Shown here: piece by piece, positions 13,084 through 27,784 of the stretch
Position numbering within the stretch: the stretch's first letter is position 1
Layout: the number at the start of each line of letters is the position of its first letter
Origin: Eledone cirrhosa
Taxonomy: Eukaryota
DNA: 64,000 nucleotides
Direction of reading: 5' to 3'
Assembly (NCBI GenBank): GCA_964016885.1
Contig: OZ024756.1
Span: forward strand, 42,408,001 to 42,472,000
Notes under the pieces: model-generated
The model's input: only the letters and a program-made list of their open reading frames with translations
Databases searched by the model: none
What the model was told of the DNA's origin: nothing
Position numbers and translations under genes: made by a program

Positions 13084-13339
13084 CTGATTTAAAAAAAAGA
13101 AGAAAAAAAAGAATTGAATAAAAACAGATTCATTTTAAACAGATGTAAATTTAATTGCAAGTGTTGCAGCTTTATAAGCCACATGCTGGAAGTGAGAGGA
13201 ACAGTGGCATCAGGTGAGGTGAAGGGGAAAATGATGAGAGGGCTTTTTTTCTTGTGAGGATTTGCTGTGAGTAGTCAGGTGTCTGTGATCTTCTGTGAAT
13301 CTCAGGGTTACTTCTGGTGCTTGACTCATAATCTCAGAT

Positions 13340-13625
13340 GTTGATTAGGCCAAAAATTTAAGGGTTAGGGGAAAGTCAAATAATTTATTTTATCGACCCT
13401 TAAAGGATGAAAGGCTAAGTTGACCTCGGCAGGATTTGAACTCAGAACATATACTACTATCGACCCTCAAAGGATGACAGGTAAAGTTGACTTATTGTGA
13501 TATTCATTCTGACTACTTACATTCTGAATTCAAATCTTTCAAAGATCGATTTTGCCTTTCATCCTTCTGTGGTCAATAAAATAAAGTACCAGTCACATAC
13601 TGGGGTTGATATTATCAACTTTTCT
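13340..13625. mobile_element. Adjacent oppositely oriented SINE fragments
   Basis: Minus copy (atcgacccttaaaggatgaaaggc...ggatttgaactcagaa) followed by a plus copy (ttctgaattcaaatc...ttgcctttcatcct...aataaagtaccagt). Confidence 0.75.
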
Positions 13626-14220
13626 CTCAAAACATAACTTAAAAAAGGTTCATATATAAAATTATGCTAGATGAGAGTAACTTGAAGTAGAGCTGCTACT
13701 TCTCTGAATTGAGAGCTCACAGCTCTGATACTATGTCATGTGGTTAGAATGTCTCAGGAAAGAATTGCTGGACAGATTTTACAGGGAGACTCAACTGGCA
13801 GGAGACCCAGGGGAAGTGGTTACTTCTGACTGGACCTGCTGGAAAGAATGTTTGAGGACTCTGCCCTCACGACCCTCTCAGAAATAAGTGGGCCAAGAAG
13901 AAGATTGTAATTTAAATAGAAACTTTTGAAATGTATGGTTGTGTTTCATAGAACCAGAAATGGTTTTTTTGTGAGTTGGCATCAACAGGGTTAAGTTACT
14001 TTCTGCATATTGAGCAAGAACACATCCATTATACCAGTAGCCACCTGTAGTACTTGGTATATACCACTAGCCATCTATAGTACTTGCTACATATCACTAG
14101 CCACCTGTAGTATTTGGTATATATCAGTCATCTGTAGTACTTGCTACATATCATTAGCTATATGTAGTACTTCGTATATATCACTAGCTATCTGTAGTAC
14201 TTGTTACTTACTAGTTCTGT

Positions 14221-14775
14221 AGTGTTTCGGCCCTTAACTTCTTACACTCTAAGGGATCCGGGTCACAACCAGGTCATGACTCCTGGGTGGCCTGCTGACA
14301 TTTAGCTATTCAGATATCAGAGACTTGTTATCTATTTAAACCCTATGGAGATTTAGTTGACAAGATCTAGCTGGAACTCGTCTCCATTGCCTCTGATTGC
14401 AAGCTTATATTTAAGCTCTTTCTTGAGTTTCGAAAAATAACGTTGGTTGTCATGGTAGAGGTGAGACATGAACAGTATTGCTGGTGCTGCCACCAACACA
14501 ACAGACCACGACTGACTTAAAGTTACTTCCCTTAATGTGTACAAACACGATGCCTCTTATGTGGTATGGAGGACATTTTTGTTCCTCCTTGATGACCAGA
14601 TCCAGCTGGAACTCCTTCCTGCTGCCTCAGATATTACCTTTAGGGCTTTGGTCCTCATATTTCCAGAGACAGAAATTTGTTTCATGAGATTGTCGGCAGA
14701 TTTGCCCACAAAGCCTTTCACTCCAATTTCTATGGCAAGAACTTTAACTCGGAAGTTGGCTTCCCTCATGCTGTT
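14221..14775 (-). mobile_element. HERO-like non-LTR retrotransposon 3' end (REL endonuclease C-terminus + 3' UTR)
   Basis: AIEIGVKGFVGKS...KALKVISEAAGRSSSWIWSSR matches the EVGxRGF...SEAAExxSxWxW pattern; structured 3' end finishing CCGAAACACT. Confidence 0.75.
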
Positions 14776-17424
14776 GACCTAACAGAGAGGCAATATCCAG
14801 CAATGACACTGTGGGACATGTACCTCTGTCACTGTGCTACATGTACTTCAGATCAGAGTGTATGTACCTCTGTCACTGTGCTACATGTACTTCAGATCAG
14901 GGTGTATGTACCTCTATGTCACTGTGCTACATGTACCTCTGTCACTGTGCTACATGTACTTCAGATCAGAGTGTGACATGGAGATTACTCTAGTCGTTTC
15001 ACTGCATCTCTGATGTATTTGAAGTTGTCTTGACCATACCTTGCTGAGATAGACCAGCATATCAGGGATGAGAAAGTGATGGTCATCCAGTACAACTTCA
15101 CTGTGGACCAGAAGTTGGTCACATAGTGCAACCCTCATTCTCTAATGAAAAATAACTCTATTTCAATTAGTTTTGATGAAGGGATTTTATCCTGAAATAT
15201 ATAAGGACCTATAAAGAACTACAAGGTAACATCATTGTTATCATATCTTTAACATTTACTGTCCAATTCATATTGTGTTAACCTTCAAACAAAACTCTAT
15301 TTTCTATACTTTACACAATGCTTCAAGCAAACCATAAGACCCTTTTAAAGTTATTTTGTATATCTATAGAGGAAGACTTTAGTGACAATAACGTTTACTA
15401 ATTTTTCAAATGTAAAGTTTTATTAAAATGAAACTGAACAATTTCTCAATGAATTCATCAGAGGATATTTAGGAAATATAAACTTGTTTCAGTATTTCAA
15501 GATTTTGAGAGTAACAATTTAGTAACAATTACTACTGTAAATCAAAACTAATTTTAAATGTTTCAGTTAACATATTAATTCAAGAAAACATTTAATCTGT
15601 CTGAAAACAAGAGAGATATCAAATTATTAAAGACAAACTTTATAGGGAGAGTTGTTTTTACTGGAATAATACAGTATTAAAATAAGACATTTAAGTATAA
15701 ATAATTTACGTAACACTTGATTAAAATTGACATCTGTGAACCACAGACAGTTTTTAACCCTTTTGATACCAACTGGCCTGAAATCACTCCTGGTTCTATG
15801 ATATAATACGTCTCAATTTAAAGTGTTCCTACTTCTATTAACCCTTTACCATTTACATTACTCTATATTTACTATTGTATTTTTGTGGTAAAAGCTTTAT
15901 CTCATAATATTGAATCTATGAGATTTTGTTGTTATCTATTTTGAGAACAATACTTTAACATCAGTATGAGTGGTTGGTTATAGCCAGTTTGAACAGAAAG
16001 AGGTGAGAGGATTCTGGCCAGATATGGCCGGTTTAAATGTTAATGGGTTAAGACATTCTATCATAGTTTTATGTAAGCATGTTTTATTAATCAATGTTCC
16101 AAACATTAGTGTAATAATGATTTCTAACATTGTCACAAGGCCAACCATTTGTGGGAAGGGGGGAAAGGTCAATTATATTGATCCCAGTATTTAACTGGTA
16201 CTTTATTTTATCTACTTCCAAAGGATAAAAAGCAATGTAATTTGAACTCAGAATGTAGAGAATTGTAACTAAATATTGCAAAGGATTTTGTCTAACGCTC
16301 TACAGATTTTGCAAATCCACTATTATATTAGCTTAATATTGAAAACATTAGTTATACTACAAAATTCTTCCAATTTTTTTTTTATTTTCAAAATTAACTG
16401 AAACCCATTGGGAGTGTATTTCAATAGAGATCTGTGAAGGGGTCTTCATTATATGTTGTCTGGGTTGCTGGTGGACTGTATGGAAGAAACCACATTAGAA
16501 ATTTGTTAAGGGGTGTCCACCATATACTAATGGGGACTGCTAGGTTATACATATTGCCAGGTTTAAAGATCTGTTAAACTATATTAAATCTATATGTTTT
16601 ACATATTGCCAGGTTTAAAAATCTACTGTTAAACTATATTAAATCTATATGTATTTAATGTTGGCTGTTGGAAGTTATGTTGAAAGATTTATATTTAAAT
16701 AGGAAAGATTTAATTTAAAATGTGTGGTCTTGTTTCATAGAACCAAACGTGGTTTTAAGTGTATCAATATGAAATGGGTTAAACACATAGTCATTGAGTT
16801 AAACACACATTGTGACCCAGAAGTGTTATGAAAATCTATTTCATGCTTTAGTTATTATATTTTACTACTGAAGTATTACATTATCACAACTTTCTTTATT
16901 ATTTAAATCAACTCCACATGCTTCACGATGTTGTTCACTACTTTACATATACACTATATATATATCATCATCATCATTTAACGTCCATTTACCACGCTAG
17001 CATGGGTAGGACAGGCTGTCCTTCTCTGAAAGATCAGGTTGGAGGAACAACAGAACTATTTCTATGAACATATTTTACTTTTATATAATAGAAGAGTTTC
17101 TTATAGTATATCTTAAATATGTACTCTCACTTTTTATTTACTCTTCTCCTGGTTTCCATCTTTGGACTTCAACCAATCTGTGGTACCTCAACAATATGGA
17201 ACCTTGTACTTATTTTATCAATCTCTACTTACCAAACGACTAAGTCACCATACAACATAAAACGGGATTAGCAACTTCTTTTTGTAATCCCCTACTTTTT
17301 AATTTTTTTAGCTTCACATATGGCTTACCTATACATATATTATATATTACCTTACATATAAAAGTTTGAAAAGCTCTGAGGCCCACAGAAAACACCGCAG
17401 TGCCCCCCCCCCCCTGTTATTGAC

Positions 17425-17805
17425 TACTGCCATAAAGGGATGTAACTCGATACACCATGTTATACTGCTATAAAGGGATGTAACTCGCTACACCATGTTA
17501 TACTGCTATAAAGGGACGTAACTCGATATACTATGTTATACTGCTATAAAGGGATGTAACTTGACACAGCATGTTATACTGCTATAAAGGGATGTAACTC
17601 GCTACACCATGTTATACTGCTATAAAGGGACGTAACTCGATACACCATGTTGTACTGCTACAAAGGGATGTAACTCGATACACCATGTTATACTGCCATA
17701 AAGGGATGTAACTTGACACAGCACGTTATACTGCCATAAAGGGATATAACACAATGCAGCATGTTATACTGCTATAAAGGGATGTAACTCTATACAGCAT
17801 GTTAC
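17425..17805. repeat. 38-bp minisatellite, about 10 copies
   Basis: Unit tgctataaagggatgtaactcgatacaccatgttatac. Confidence 0.92.
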
Positions 17806-19114
17806 AATGGCACGAAGGAACACACACAGACATCAATGATAAACTCTGATGTATATGAACATTAGCTTTTCACATATATTCAGTTTTTTTATTTTCTCTA
17901 ATATCAAAACAAAATTCATTTACTCTATTTTGTAATGAAACATGTTCACTTAGATAACAAGATAGAATTGGTGGTAAGGTAAAACTTCATCCAAGTACTA
18001 GTGTATTACAATGAGTATATATACATGTATATATATATATATATATATATTTATACATGTGTATGTATATATACATCTATATATATATATTTATACATGT
18101 GTATGTATATATATATATGTTTAAACATGTGTATATATATATTTATACATGTGTATGTATATATTTATACATGTGTATATATATATTTATAAATGTGTAT
18201 GTATATATATGTATATATATTTATACATGTGTATATATATATTTATACATGTATATGTATATATATATATGTATACATGTGTATATATATATTTATACAT
18301 GTGTATGTATATATATGTATATATATATATATTTATACATGTGTATGTATATGTGTATTTATATACATATTTATACATGTGTATGTATATATGTGTATTT
18401 ATATACATATTTATACATGTATATATATATATATGTGTGTATATATATATTTATATATATATATATATTTATACATATATATGTATATATATATATGTGT
18501 GTGTGTATATACTTACATATATATATGTGTATGTATATACTTATATATGTGTATATGAATATATATATGTATATATATACATATATATACACATCCACAT
18601 TTATATATATATATACACATATATACACATATATTTATATATATATATATACACATATAAATATACATATATGTGTGTGCATATATATATATATATATAT
18701 ACTCACACTTTCATTGTCTAACAACAATAACATGACAAATGGATTATACATTATACATCTTCAAGTTTTTTTGAAATGTTAATATTTAAAAAATAACAAC
18801 TGGGAGGGAAATTTTTAAATTTTTTTGAATAAAATTGAAATTGAAAAAAAAACAAAAAACCCCCGAAATTCAAAAAATTCAAAATTAGTCAAAACCAAAA
18901 AAAAAATCAAACATATAAATGATAATATTGGTCTATTAATCGGAAAACGACTAATTACATTGACAATAAAACCTTTCAGTAAAAAATATTTCAACTCCAA
19001 TGATTTTGTAGTGTTCTGAATGTGGCTCAAGTATTGATGAGAAGATTTTTTTTTTCAAAATCTTAATAATAATAATAATAATAATATATAATAATAATAA
19101 TATTAATAATAATA

Positions 19115-19327
19115 ATGGTTTCTGATTTAGGCACAAGGCCAACAATTTTGGGAGAAGGGAAAGTCGATTAAATCGACCCCAGTGCATTACTGGTACTTTA
19201 TTTTATCAACCCTGTAAGGATGAAAGGCAAAGCTAACCTCAGCGGGATTTGAACTCAGAACGTAAAGGAACGTAACTTTATGCAGCAAAGCATATTGTCC
19301 GACGCTCTACCGATACTGCCAATCCAA
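19115..19327 (-). mobile_element. tRNA-related SINE, long form (others at about 7465-7675, 16115-16325, 23175-23380, 23400-23610, 25230-25455, 25485-25645; plus-strand fragments 31195-31410)
   Basis: B-box-like GAGTTCAAATCCC, conserved body ttgcctttcatccttacagggttgataaaataaagtaccagt, 3' ttggccttgtgcctaaatcagaaacc + (ATT)n. Confidence 0.85.
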
Positions 19328-19654
19328 TAATAATAATGATAAAAATAAAAATCCATGAACGGGCCCATTGCAACAAAGATGATGTGAATTTTAATTGTTT
19401 ACTAAATTTTAACTGTTCTGTAAAAACCTACTCTACTCATTTTTAAAAAATGTAAATTTATGTAAATTTAAGCTACTTGTTTTTGTTTTTGTTGTTTTTT
19501 TTAATTTTTTTTTTTTTAATTTTAATTTTCATGTTTTAAAGTTTTGATAAAGAACCAGCAGGGATGGTCAAAAAATGAAGTAGTTATTGCTTGAGTAGTA
19601 TTAGTATTTGTAACAGTTTCGTCCTGGTAGACGTTATACCAACACTATACCAAA

Positions 19655-19760
19655 AGAGTGAGTCGTAGCCAATGGCCAAAGGTCATTTGGGTCATTCCTT
19701 CTCCTCCAACTTTCCAACATCCTTCTTAGAATTCTTGCTGTTCCCAGCAAGACTGTTTTG
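19655..19760 (-). mobile_element. R4/Dong-like non-LTR retrotransposon 3' fragment
   Basis: KTVLLGTARILRRMLE, the typical C-terminal motif of R4-clade REL elements. Confidence 0.6.
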
Positions 19761-21636
19761 TCATCAATTTTGGTATCTCAGTCATTGATGTTATTTAACC
19801 AGAAAATTTGCCCAAATGATTATTAAGCCGCTACCTGCAGCCTTCAGATATTATTATTATTAATATTGTAGTAGTAGTAGTAGTAGTATTGGTGGTGGTG
19901 GTGGTATCATTGTCTAAAGCAACTACTTGTTAAAGTAATTGTCAGTCTTAACTACATACAAAATAAATAAATTTATTAAAAACAAACTAGTATTTAATTA
20001 AAAATAAATTCTAGCATATTAAATTAATTTTAGTTGTAATAGAACTGGTAGAGGGGGGGGGGGGAAGGGTACATATAAATTGATAAAGAATGGAAAATTT
20101 GTTGGGCCAGGGAGAAGAATTTGTCTATTATTAGAAATAGGAATTTAATTAAAACCTTTTTTTGTTTGTTTAATTAATTTGTTTTATCTGAACACCGTTT
20201 AAAGTATTAATGAAGATCGACAAATGTAGGACAATGATATTGATATAGTTTCTTTTAAAAAATAGAAAAATAAAAGAAAAAAATACTTTTTGGTTAAAAT
20301 TATGCTCTCTACTGCTTGCTATGATGTATATATGTATGTTTGTTTGTATGTATGTATATTTTAGTATCACCCTAGGCTCAGTTATTTCAGCTTTAAAATC
20401 CATCATGCTCAATTTATTAAATGAAAATATAATCTCAAGTTTCTAAGGAAGAATATAACAGTAGCTATGAGGCTGAATACAGTAAATATTTAAAACAATT
20501 TCAATGATAACAACAATGATAATGTTTTGCTGATTATAATGATAAATGATAAATGTAATAGTTATTATTAAAAAATAGTTTACCAATGCATGCAGTTGGA
20601 TTACAAATAGTAAAAATGTACCAGCCTACCTTGGGACAGTAGGGTAAAAAAAACAACAAAGTTTAGGATTGATTTTGGTAAGATAGACATTTTCCTTAAA
20701 CAAGTTCATTATTGGTTTGATAGCAAACAACAAACTGAGAGGAAAATATCACCACTAAGAACATGTATCAGAACAAGTATTTCACAATGAAAAAATGTTA
20801 AATATCAAAGATTATATATTGTTAAAGAAGTTACTATTTGTTTTGAGTTATTTAACCAACCAGAAGAAAGTTCTCTCCTTGTCTGAAAAAAGTAATATCT
20901 TTTAAATTAGAAATAGGTATATATATATTTTTTTTTAGAAAAAGTTTTGTTTGAGGCAGTGAAATATTTAAAATAAACCATAATAACTAAAACTAAATGA
21001 AATGTATGTTGAAAATACAATTTTTAGATATTACTTATTCTTAAAACCAAATTATCAAGTTTAAAATACAATTTTTAGATATTACTTAATCTTAAAACCA
21101 AATTATCAAGTTTAAAATACAATTTTTAGATATTACTTATTCTTAAAACCTAATTATCTACGGTAGTGTAATTGTTTTTCTCTTTACTGTTTAGTCAAGA
21201 AGAGAAGAGCAGTATCCATGACCCCTTTTTCTGAGCCTCCAGGACCGGTGGGGGTGGGGTGAGGGGAGGAGGGTGTCCTTAAACTAGAGACCTGACTTGA
21301 AGGCTTGCAACAGTTTGGACTCTGTTAAAGACACCCAGTGTTCTGATAGTGGTATTAAACTGGGAAACAGATTAAGTCATCTTCCCAAATGAATTCTGCC
21401 CCCCTCCCCTCCCCCCCCCCCGAGGCAGGTACTAAATGTTTAATCTTTATTCTTATTTAAGTACAAAATAAATATATTTATTAAAAACAATCCACCAATC
21501 AAATAATCTACAATATCAATTTAGTTGCATTAATGTTTGTTCCGCAGAAAGATTAAATAAATTACATTTCAAAAATAAACAAACCATTGAGTAGATTGAA
21601 ATACTTAGAAAATGAAGAAATATGAGACCAAGAAAG

Positions 21637-21838
21637 TAACCACGGTCAATGGCTATAAATGATAGCTTAGAAAATCAGGTAAAGTACCCCTAGAGGTGGA
21701 AAAAATGGCTAGCAGCTGCTCAAATAGAGGTATGGAATTCATTTCTTCATAGTTGCTGGCCACTTTTTTCTGTCTATAGGGGTATTTTATCCAATTTATT
21801 GTAATTGACTATTATTTATAGTAATTGACTGTGTTTAC
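21637..21838. repeat. Imperfect fold-back (MITE-like) element
   Basis: gtaaccacggtcaatggctataaatgatag / ctattatttatagtaattgactgtgtttac, and inner taaagtacccctaga / tataggggtatttta. Partial relative near 7320. Confidence 0.7.
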
Positions 21839-22241
21839 AATTATCTTGTGTTTGAGATTTCTACAGTTTCTAAGAAAAAATGACATTTTTTTCATAATCA
21901 GAAATGTTTTATAAAAAACGTCTATATTCTGGTAATTTTATTGAAATGTAAAAAGAAAATTAAATTGAAAATTAATTAAACAAAATATAATTATATCTTT
22001 AACGAAACCTGCCTAATTAAAGATATCTTATCATTGAAATTGTATATCCACTTGAACAATATTTATATATTAGCTGTTTTTTGACTACCCAAAACATCAC
22101 TAGTTTTTTTCCCCAGTAGATTTTTGAGTTAATATCATTTTTCTCAAGTATATTTTCAATTTCGATTGAATCCATTCCATAATCTGGATCACTTTGCAAT
22201 TTCTGGATCACTTTGCTGGTGAGTGGAGTTTTAATATTCAA

Positions 22242-22375
22242 TATTATTAAGGCTAAAATATGAGAATTGTTACTCAGGAGTTTCACCTGTTTATTCCAGG
22301 GTTCTTGTTTGATGACTCTGGGATAAACAGGTGAAACTGCTGAATAACTAGACTCACTTTTTAGCCTTAGTAATA
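22242..22375. repeat. Fold-back inverted repeat with decayed hammerhead-like core
   Basis: Arms of about 60 bp; the right arm reads TTGATGA-CTCTG ggataaa CAGGT-GAAAC...AATAAA. Confidence 0.75.
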
Positions 22376-22820
22376 ATAAATACCATATAGGGTGAAAGCA
22401 GAAATTCTTTGCTTAAACTTTAATCTGTACTAATAATATATATATATTTAAAGAAATTAAATATATTTCTCATATATCAAGCTTTCAATTAATCAAATAA
22501 CCAATTAAAAAATTAAATCTAGAATATATTTGGAAATCTTCTAAACGATGGAACAAGGGAGGATAAAACGAATGAAGAAAACGAAAGTTGGTTAAAATTT
22601 TTGAGAACAAATAGTTGGTTTCTTTTCAAGAATACAATAGTCTTTGTGGTAATGTCATCGTTGGTAGGGTTGATATATTTTGTTTTTTTTATAGGAGTAA
22701 GTGAACAAGTTATATTTATTTCTCATAAAAGATGTAGGAAAAGTTTATAAGACATTTGAAAGATAACATTTGCAAAAAAAAAAAAAAAATTAAATTGTTT
22801 GTGCTAGTTTCTTCTTTTTA

Positions 22821-22854
<34 letters not shown>

Positions 22855-25719
22855 ACTTCAAGGTTCATTTCTAAGATATTATTGCTCTAGATCCATTACA
22901 CACCAGGTATGATAATTTTTTTTTTATTTTGTTTTTCAAATATTTGTTTTGTTGTTGTTTGGTTTTTGAATACCCACATCACAAACCAGAGTCTTCATTT
23001 CCCACAAAAAAAAAAAAAAAAATTTAATAAAAAAAAAAAAATATATATGGCGGTGCCCCAGTATGGCCTCAGCCTGTCGGCTGGAACACGTAGTAGAGTA
23101 ATATATAACAAAGACAAAAACACAAAACAAACAAAAAATAATCCTCAAACATTTTCACAACCACAACAAAAATAATGGTTTCTAATTTAGGCACAAGGCC
23201 AGCAATTTTGGGGGGCATGAAGGGGAAAAGTTGATTATGACAGGTACTGATTTTTATCAACCCCCAGAAGTATGAAAGGCATGGTTGACCTTGACAGTAT
23301 TTGAACTCAGAATGTAAACAGCCGGAACAAATACTGCAAAACATTTCATCTGATGCTCTACCAATTTTTGTCACTCCCCTGCTCCAGTTACAATGATAAT
23401 AATGGTTTCTAATTTAGGAATGAGGTCAGCAATGTGTAAGGAGGGGTAAGTCAATTATATCGATCCCAGTGCATTACTGGTACTTTATCCCCAGAAGGAT
23501 GAAAGGCAAAGTTGACCTCAGTGGGATTTGAACTCAGAATGTAAAGGGCCTTAATAAAATGCCACAAAGCAGTTTGTCGAATGCTTTACCAATACTGCCA
23601 ATCTGCCGATAACAACAAGAAATTGAAAAGCATTGTGGCTGTTGTTTTTCACTCTTGCTAAACCAAACAGGAAATAGGAAACTCTGCACTGATTTTCTGG
23701 GATAATAAATTAACATGGCTGCCTAATAACTGGCTAATTAAGGGTATTTGTATAAATTTTCAATGAAATTAATATATGTCTAGGAGATCAGTAACCACCG
23801 CTTCAGTACTGACTTGGTCTATGTAGACCTTGCTAGCAGGGAAAGTGGACGTTAAAACAATAATGATGATGATGAATGAAATGAATAATAAATAATTTCT
23901 CAAAGTAAAGATGGATGTGTAAAAAGTGTGATATAAAATAGAGTAAAATTAAAGCTTTGAACCATAATATTAACAGTGATAATAAATATTGGGAGTATTT
24001 TCATTTTTTTAAAAGAAATTTTATTTATTTAAGGTTTAATTTCAATTATAGACAAAATATTTAATCAGATAAAAACATATTATTAACTTGAGTAATGGGA
24101 AATATTTCGCTGGAAACTTATTAAATCATGAATGATAAATATTAGTTATTATTATAAAGTACCAGTAATGTACTGGGTAATTGCTGGCTTTGTGCCAAAA
24201 GTAGAAACAATTATTATTATTGTTATTCTTATGAATGTATTTTAAATATTGCTTCTCATTTAAATGCTTATTCTCACAAATCAGATGAAATCATATGGAA
24301 TAAAAATGATTTTGTTTAGAAAAACATAGTTGTAAGAAAAGGGTAATTTTTCAGATCGAATCTAAGTTTGAAATAATGTTAATTGAACTTATAGTAGTAA
24401 CATGTTAAGAGGGAGTGAGCAGGAAATACTTTTCATTTCAGTTATATAATTCTCAAATTAAAAATATATATAACCTTTCAGAATATATAATCTAGAATGT
24501 TAAACTACACATCTGTATAAATCATCATGCTCTCTATGAAATTTAAGACATGAATTTATTGAATCATTCAATTTGAGAAGAAAAATTTTAATCTGAAATA
24601 ACTTATAAAAACATTTATGTAGAGAAACAGTACAAATTTTAACTGAAGTTGCAAAATGTCTAATTTAATACATTGACAAATTCAAACATGTTCCTATCTC
24701 ATTTATTTCTTCATGGTCAGAAAATGTGGACAATATCACTCTAGTTTCAACCCTTATTGCAGTCTTCATCAGAGATTGTATGCACATTATTAAACGTGGT
24801 CTCTGATATAGAACCCCAATATCTTTGAAAACTTTAGTCAAACCATTCTCTGTTTTTCTGTCCACAGCGGAAATATAAAAAAAAAGACAAATGATCACAT
24901 TTGTCAGTGTAATTGACTTTCACATTACACAGGTCCAGATAAATCTTGTACTAAGTAATACACGATTTAATATTAGAAATAGTTTGTGAACAATGTTTGA
25001 ATAATAAACTATATAATTAGTAAACTATATAATTAGAAAAGAAACGATGATCAGACGTCTTGGAATTTTAAATATGTTAATTTTTTATTATAGTGGTGAT
25101 GGTGATGGTGATGATGGTAACAATCAAATAATTTCCAACATAAAATGAAGGACAGACTTCATCTAAAAGTCAAAGAGGTTTAGGTTTAGTTCAGATATTA
25201 TTTGACAGAGTATAACTTCCGAAATGAAAATAATGGTTTTTGATTTAGGCACAAGGGGCCCCAACAGGGGAAAGTCGATTGACCCCAGTGAGTTACTGGT
25301 ACTTTATTTTATCGCCCTTGTTCCCTCCCCTCCTGTAAGGATGATAGGCAAAGCTAACCTTGGCACGATTTGAACTCGGAATGTAAAGGTATGTAACTAT
25401 GCCACAAAGCACATTGTGCGATGCTCTACCGACTACTGCCAGTCCACCACCCTTGAAATGAAATCCACTAGCAAAATGAAAATAATGTTTTCTCATTTAG
25501 GCACAAGGCCAGCAATTTTGTGTGAGTGTAGGGGGGGGGAGTCGATGTAATCGACTCCAGTACATGACTGGTACTTTATTTTATCAATGACTCTAAACGT
25601 AAAGCTAACCTGTGCAGGATTTGAACTCAGAACGTAAAGAACGAAATATATTCATTAATGAAGGAAGATACAAACTAGAAAAGAACAGAGAATATAATAT
25701 AGTGTACAATGTCATGTTA

Positions 25720-26942
25720 CCTTGGTAGTGTTGTACAGGTATATCTAAGTAAACTCAATATATACTTGATAGTGTTGTACAGGTATACCTAAGTAAACTC
25801 AATATATACTTGGTAGTGTTGTACAGGTATACCTAAGTAAACTCAATATATACTTGGTAGTGTTGTACAGGTATATCTAAGTAAACTCAATATATACTTG
25901 GTAGTGTTGTACAGGTATATCTAAGTAAACTCAATATATACTTGGTAGTGTTGTACGGGTATATCTAAGTAAACTCAGTATATACATTGTTGTTGTACAG
26001 GTATACCTAAGTAAACTCAATATATACTTGGTAGTGTTGTACAGGTATATCTAAGTAAACTCAATATATACTTGGTAGTGTTGTACAGGTATATCTAAGT
26101 AAACTCAGTATATACATTGTTGTACAGGTATACCTAAGTAAACTCAATATATACTTGGTAGTGTTGTACAGGTATATCTAAGTAAACTCAGTATATACAT
26201 TGTTGTTGTACAGGTATACCTAAGTAAACTCAATATATACTTGGTAGTGTTGTACAGGTATATCTAAGTAAACTCAGTATATACATTGTTGTTGTACAGG
26301 TATACCTAAGTAAACTCAATATATACTTGGTAGTGTTGTACAGGTATATCTAAGTAAACTCAATATATACTTGGTAGTGTTGTACAGGTATATCTAAGTA
26401 AACTCAATATATACTTGGTAGTGTTGTACAGGTATATCTAAGTAAACTCAATATATACTTGGTAGTGTTGTACAGGTATACCTAAGTAAACTCAATATAT
26501 AGTTGGTAGTGTTGTACAGGTATATCTAAGTAAACTCAATATATAGTTGGTAGTGTTGTACAGGTATATCTAAGTAAACTCAGTATATACATTGTTGTTG
26601 TACAGGTATACCTAAGTAAACTCAATATATACTTGGTAGTGTTGTACAGGTATATCTAAGTAAACTCAATATATACTTGGTAGTGTTGTACAGGTATATC
26701 TAAGTAAACTCAATATATACTTGGTAGTGTTGTACAGGTATATCTAAGTAAACTCAATATATACTTGGTAGTGTTGTACAGGTATACCTAAGTAAACTCA
26801 ATATATAGTTGGTAGTGTTGTACAGGTATATCTAAGTAAACTCAATATATAGTTGGTAGTGTTGTACAGGTATATCTAAGTAAACTCAATATATAGTTGG
26901 TAGTGTTGTACAGGTATATCTAAGTAAACTCAGTATATACAT
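25720..26942. repeat. 44-bp minisatellite, about 28 copies, with shorter variants
   Basis: Unit cttggtagtgttgtacaggtatatctaagtaaactcaatatata; variant cagtatatacattgttg interspersed. Confidence 0.96.
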
Positions 26943-27597
26943 TTACAATTTATAGAACAATGTATTGTAATTGATTAGACATAGTTTCAGTGAAACTCAT
27001 CTAACAGTCAACCAGTCAACATGTGACAAATACAACTCAGTTACAGTCTTGTAGTTAACCCACCTGTCTTTAGTTGTTATTGTTATATCTATAAAACCAC
27101 ACACACACATATATATATACACATATATACACATACATACACATATATAATGTATAAAAAAATAACCAGGATTGAATTACATGAAATTATTCAATTGATT
27201 TACAAACATATCAATCAATACAACAGGAAAATACATTTCTACTGTATTGATATATATATATTTAGAGAGATTGGCGCTGTGATCGGATTATATATATCTA
27301 TAAATACATCATACATATATCTATATATGTATACATATATCTATCTATATATATATTTTTATTATTGCAATATTCTTAGAATGAAGGTGAATTATTTAGA
27401 CTAGCTAATGATCCAAAAAGACAGTGAAACTAGCTGATCAAATTTGAAATTGGTGCTTAATCCAGCAATTGAATAAAGTTATACCCATCTTTATCCTTTC
27501 AGGAGGCTTATATGCCCTGTTATTGGACTATTTTCGTATGAAATCATATGAATTAAACTGTTCTAATCTCATAGAAGCCATTTCTATATTAAATAAT

Positions 27598-27784
27598 TGT
27601 TTCTACTTTAGGCACAAGGCCAGCAATCACCCAGTGCATTACTGGTACTTTATTTTATCGACCCCGTAAGGATGAAAGGCAAAGTCAACCTCGGCGGGAT
27701 TTGAACTCAGATCATAAAGGGACGTAACTATGCTGGAAAGCATGGCGTCCGACCCTCTACCGATACTCCCAATCCACCGCCTTT
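27598..27784 (-). mobile_element. Young short-form SINE with 19-bp target-site duplication
   Basis: TSD catttctatattaaataat at 27579-27597 and 27785-27803. Confidence 0.9.

Noticed and set aside
15039-15141. Possible minus-strand exon (tag acceptor, AAG|GTATGG donor, open frame RMRVALCDQLLVHSEVVLDDHHFLIPDMLVYLSK)
   Set aside because: No similarity to KIAA0513, and the phase does not fit the next exon; unsupported without RNA data.
19240-19327. tRNA-like B-box GTTCAAATCC
   Set aside because: Belongs to SINE heads; no complete cloverleaf, so no tRNA gene was called.
24665-24898. 77-aa minus-strand ORF with ordinary composition (also 22017-22286, 29220-29290, 45326-45571)
   Set aside because: No recognisable motif or convincing pair of splice sites.
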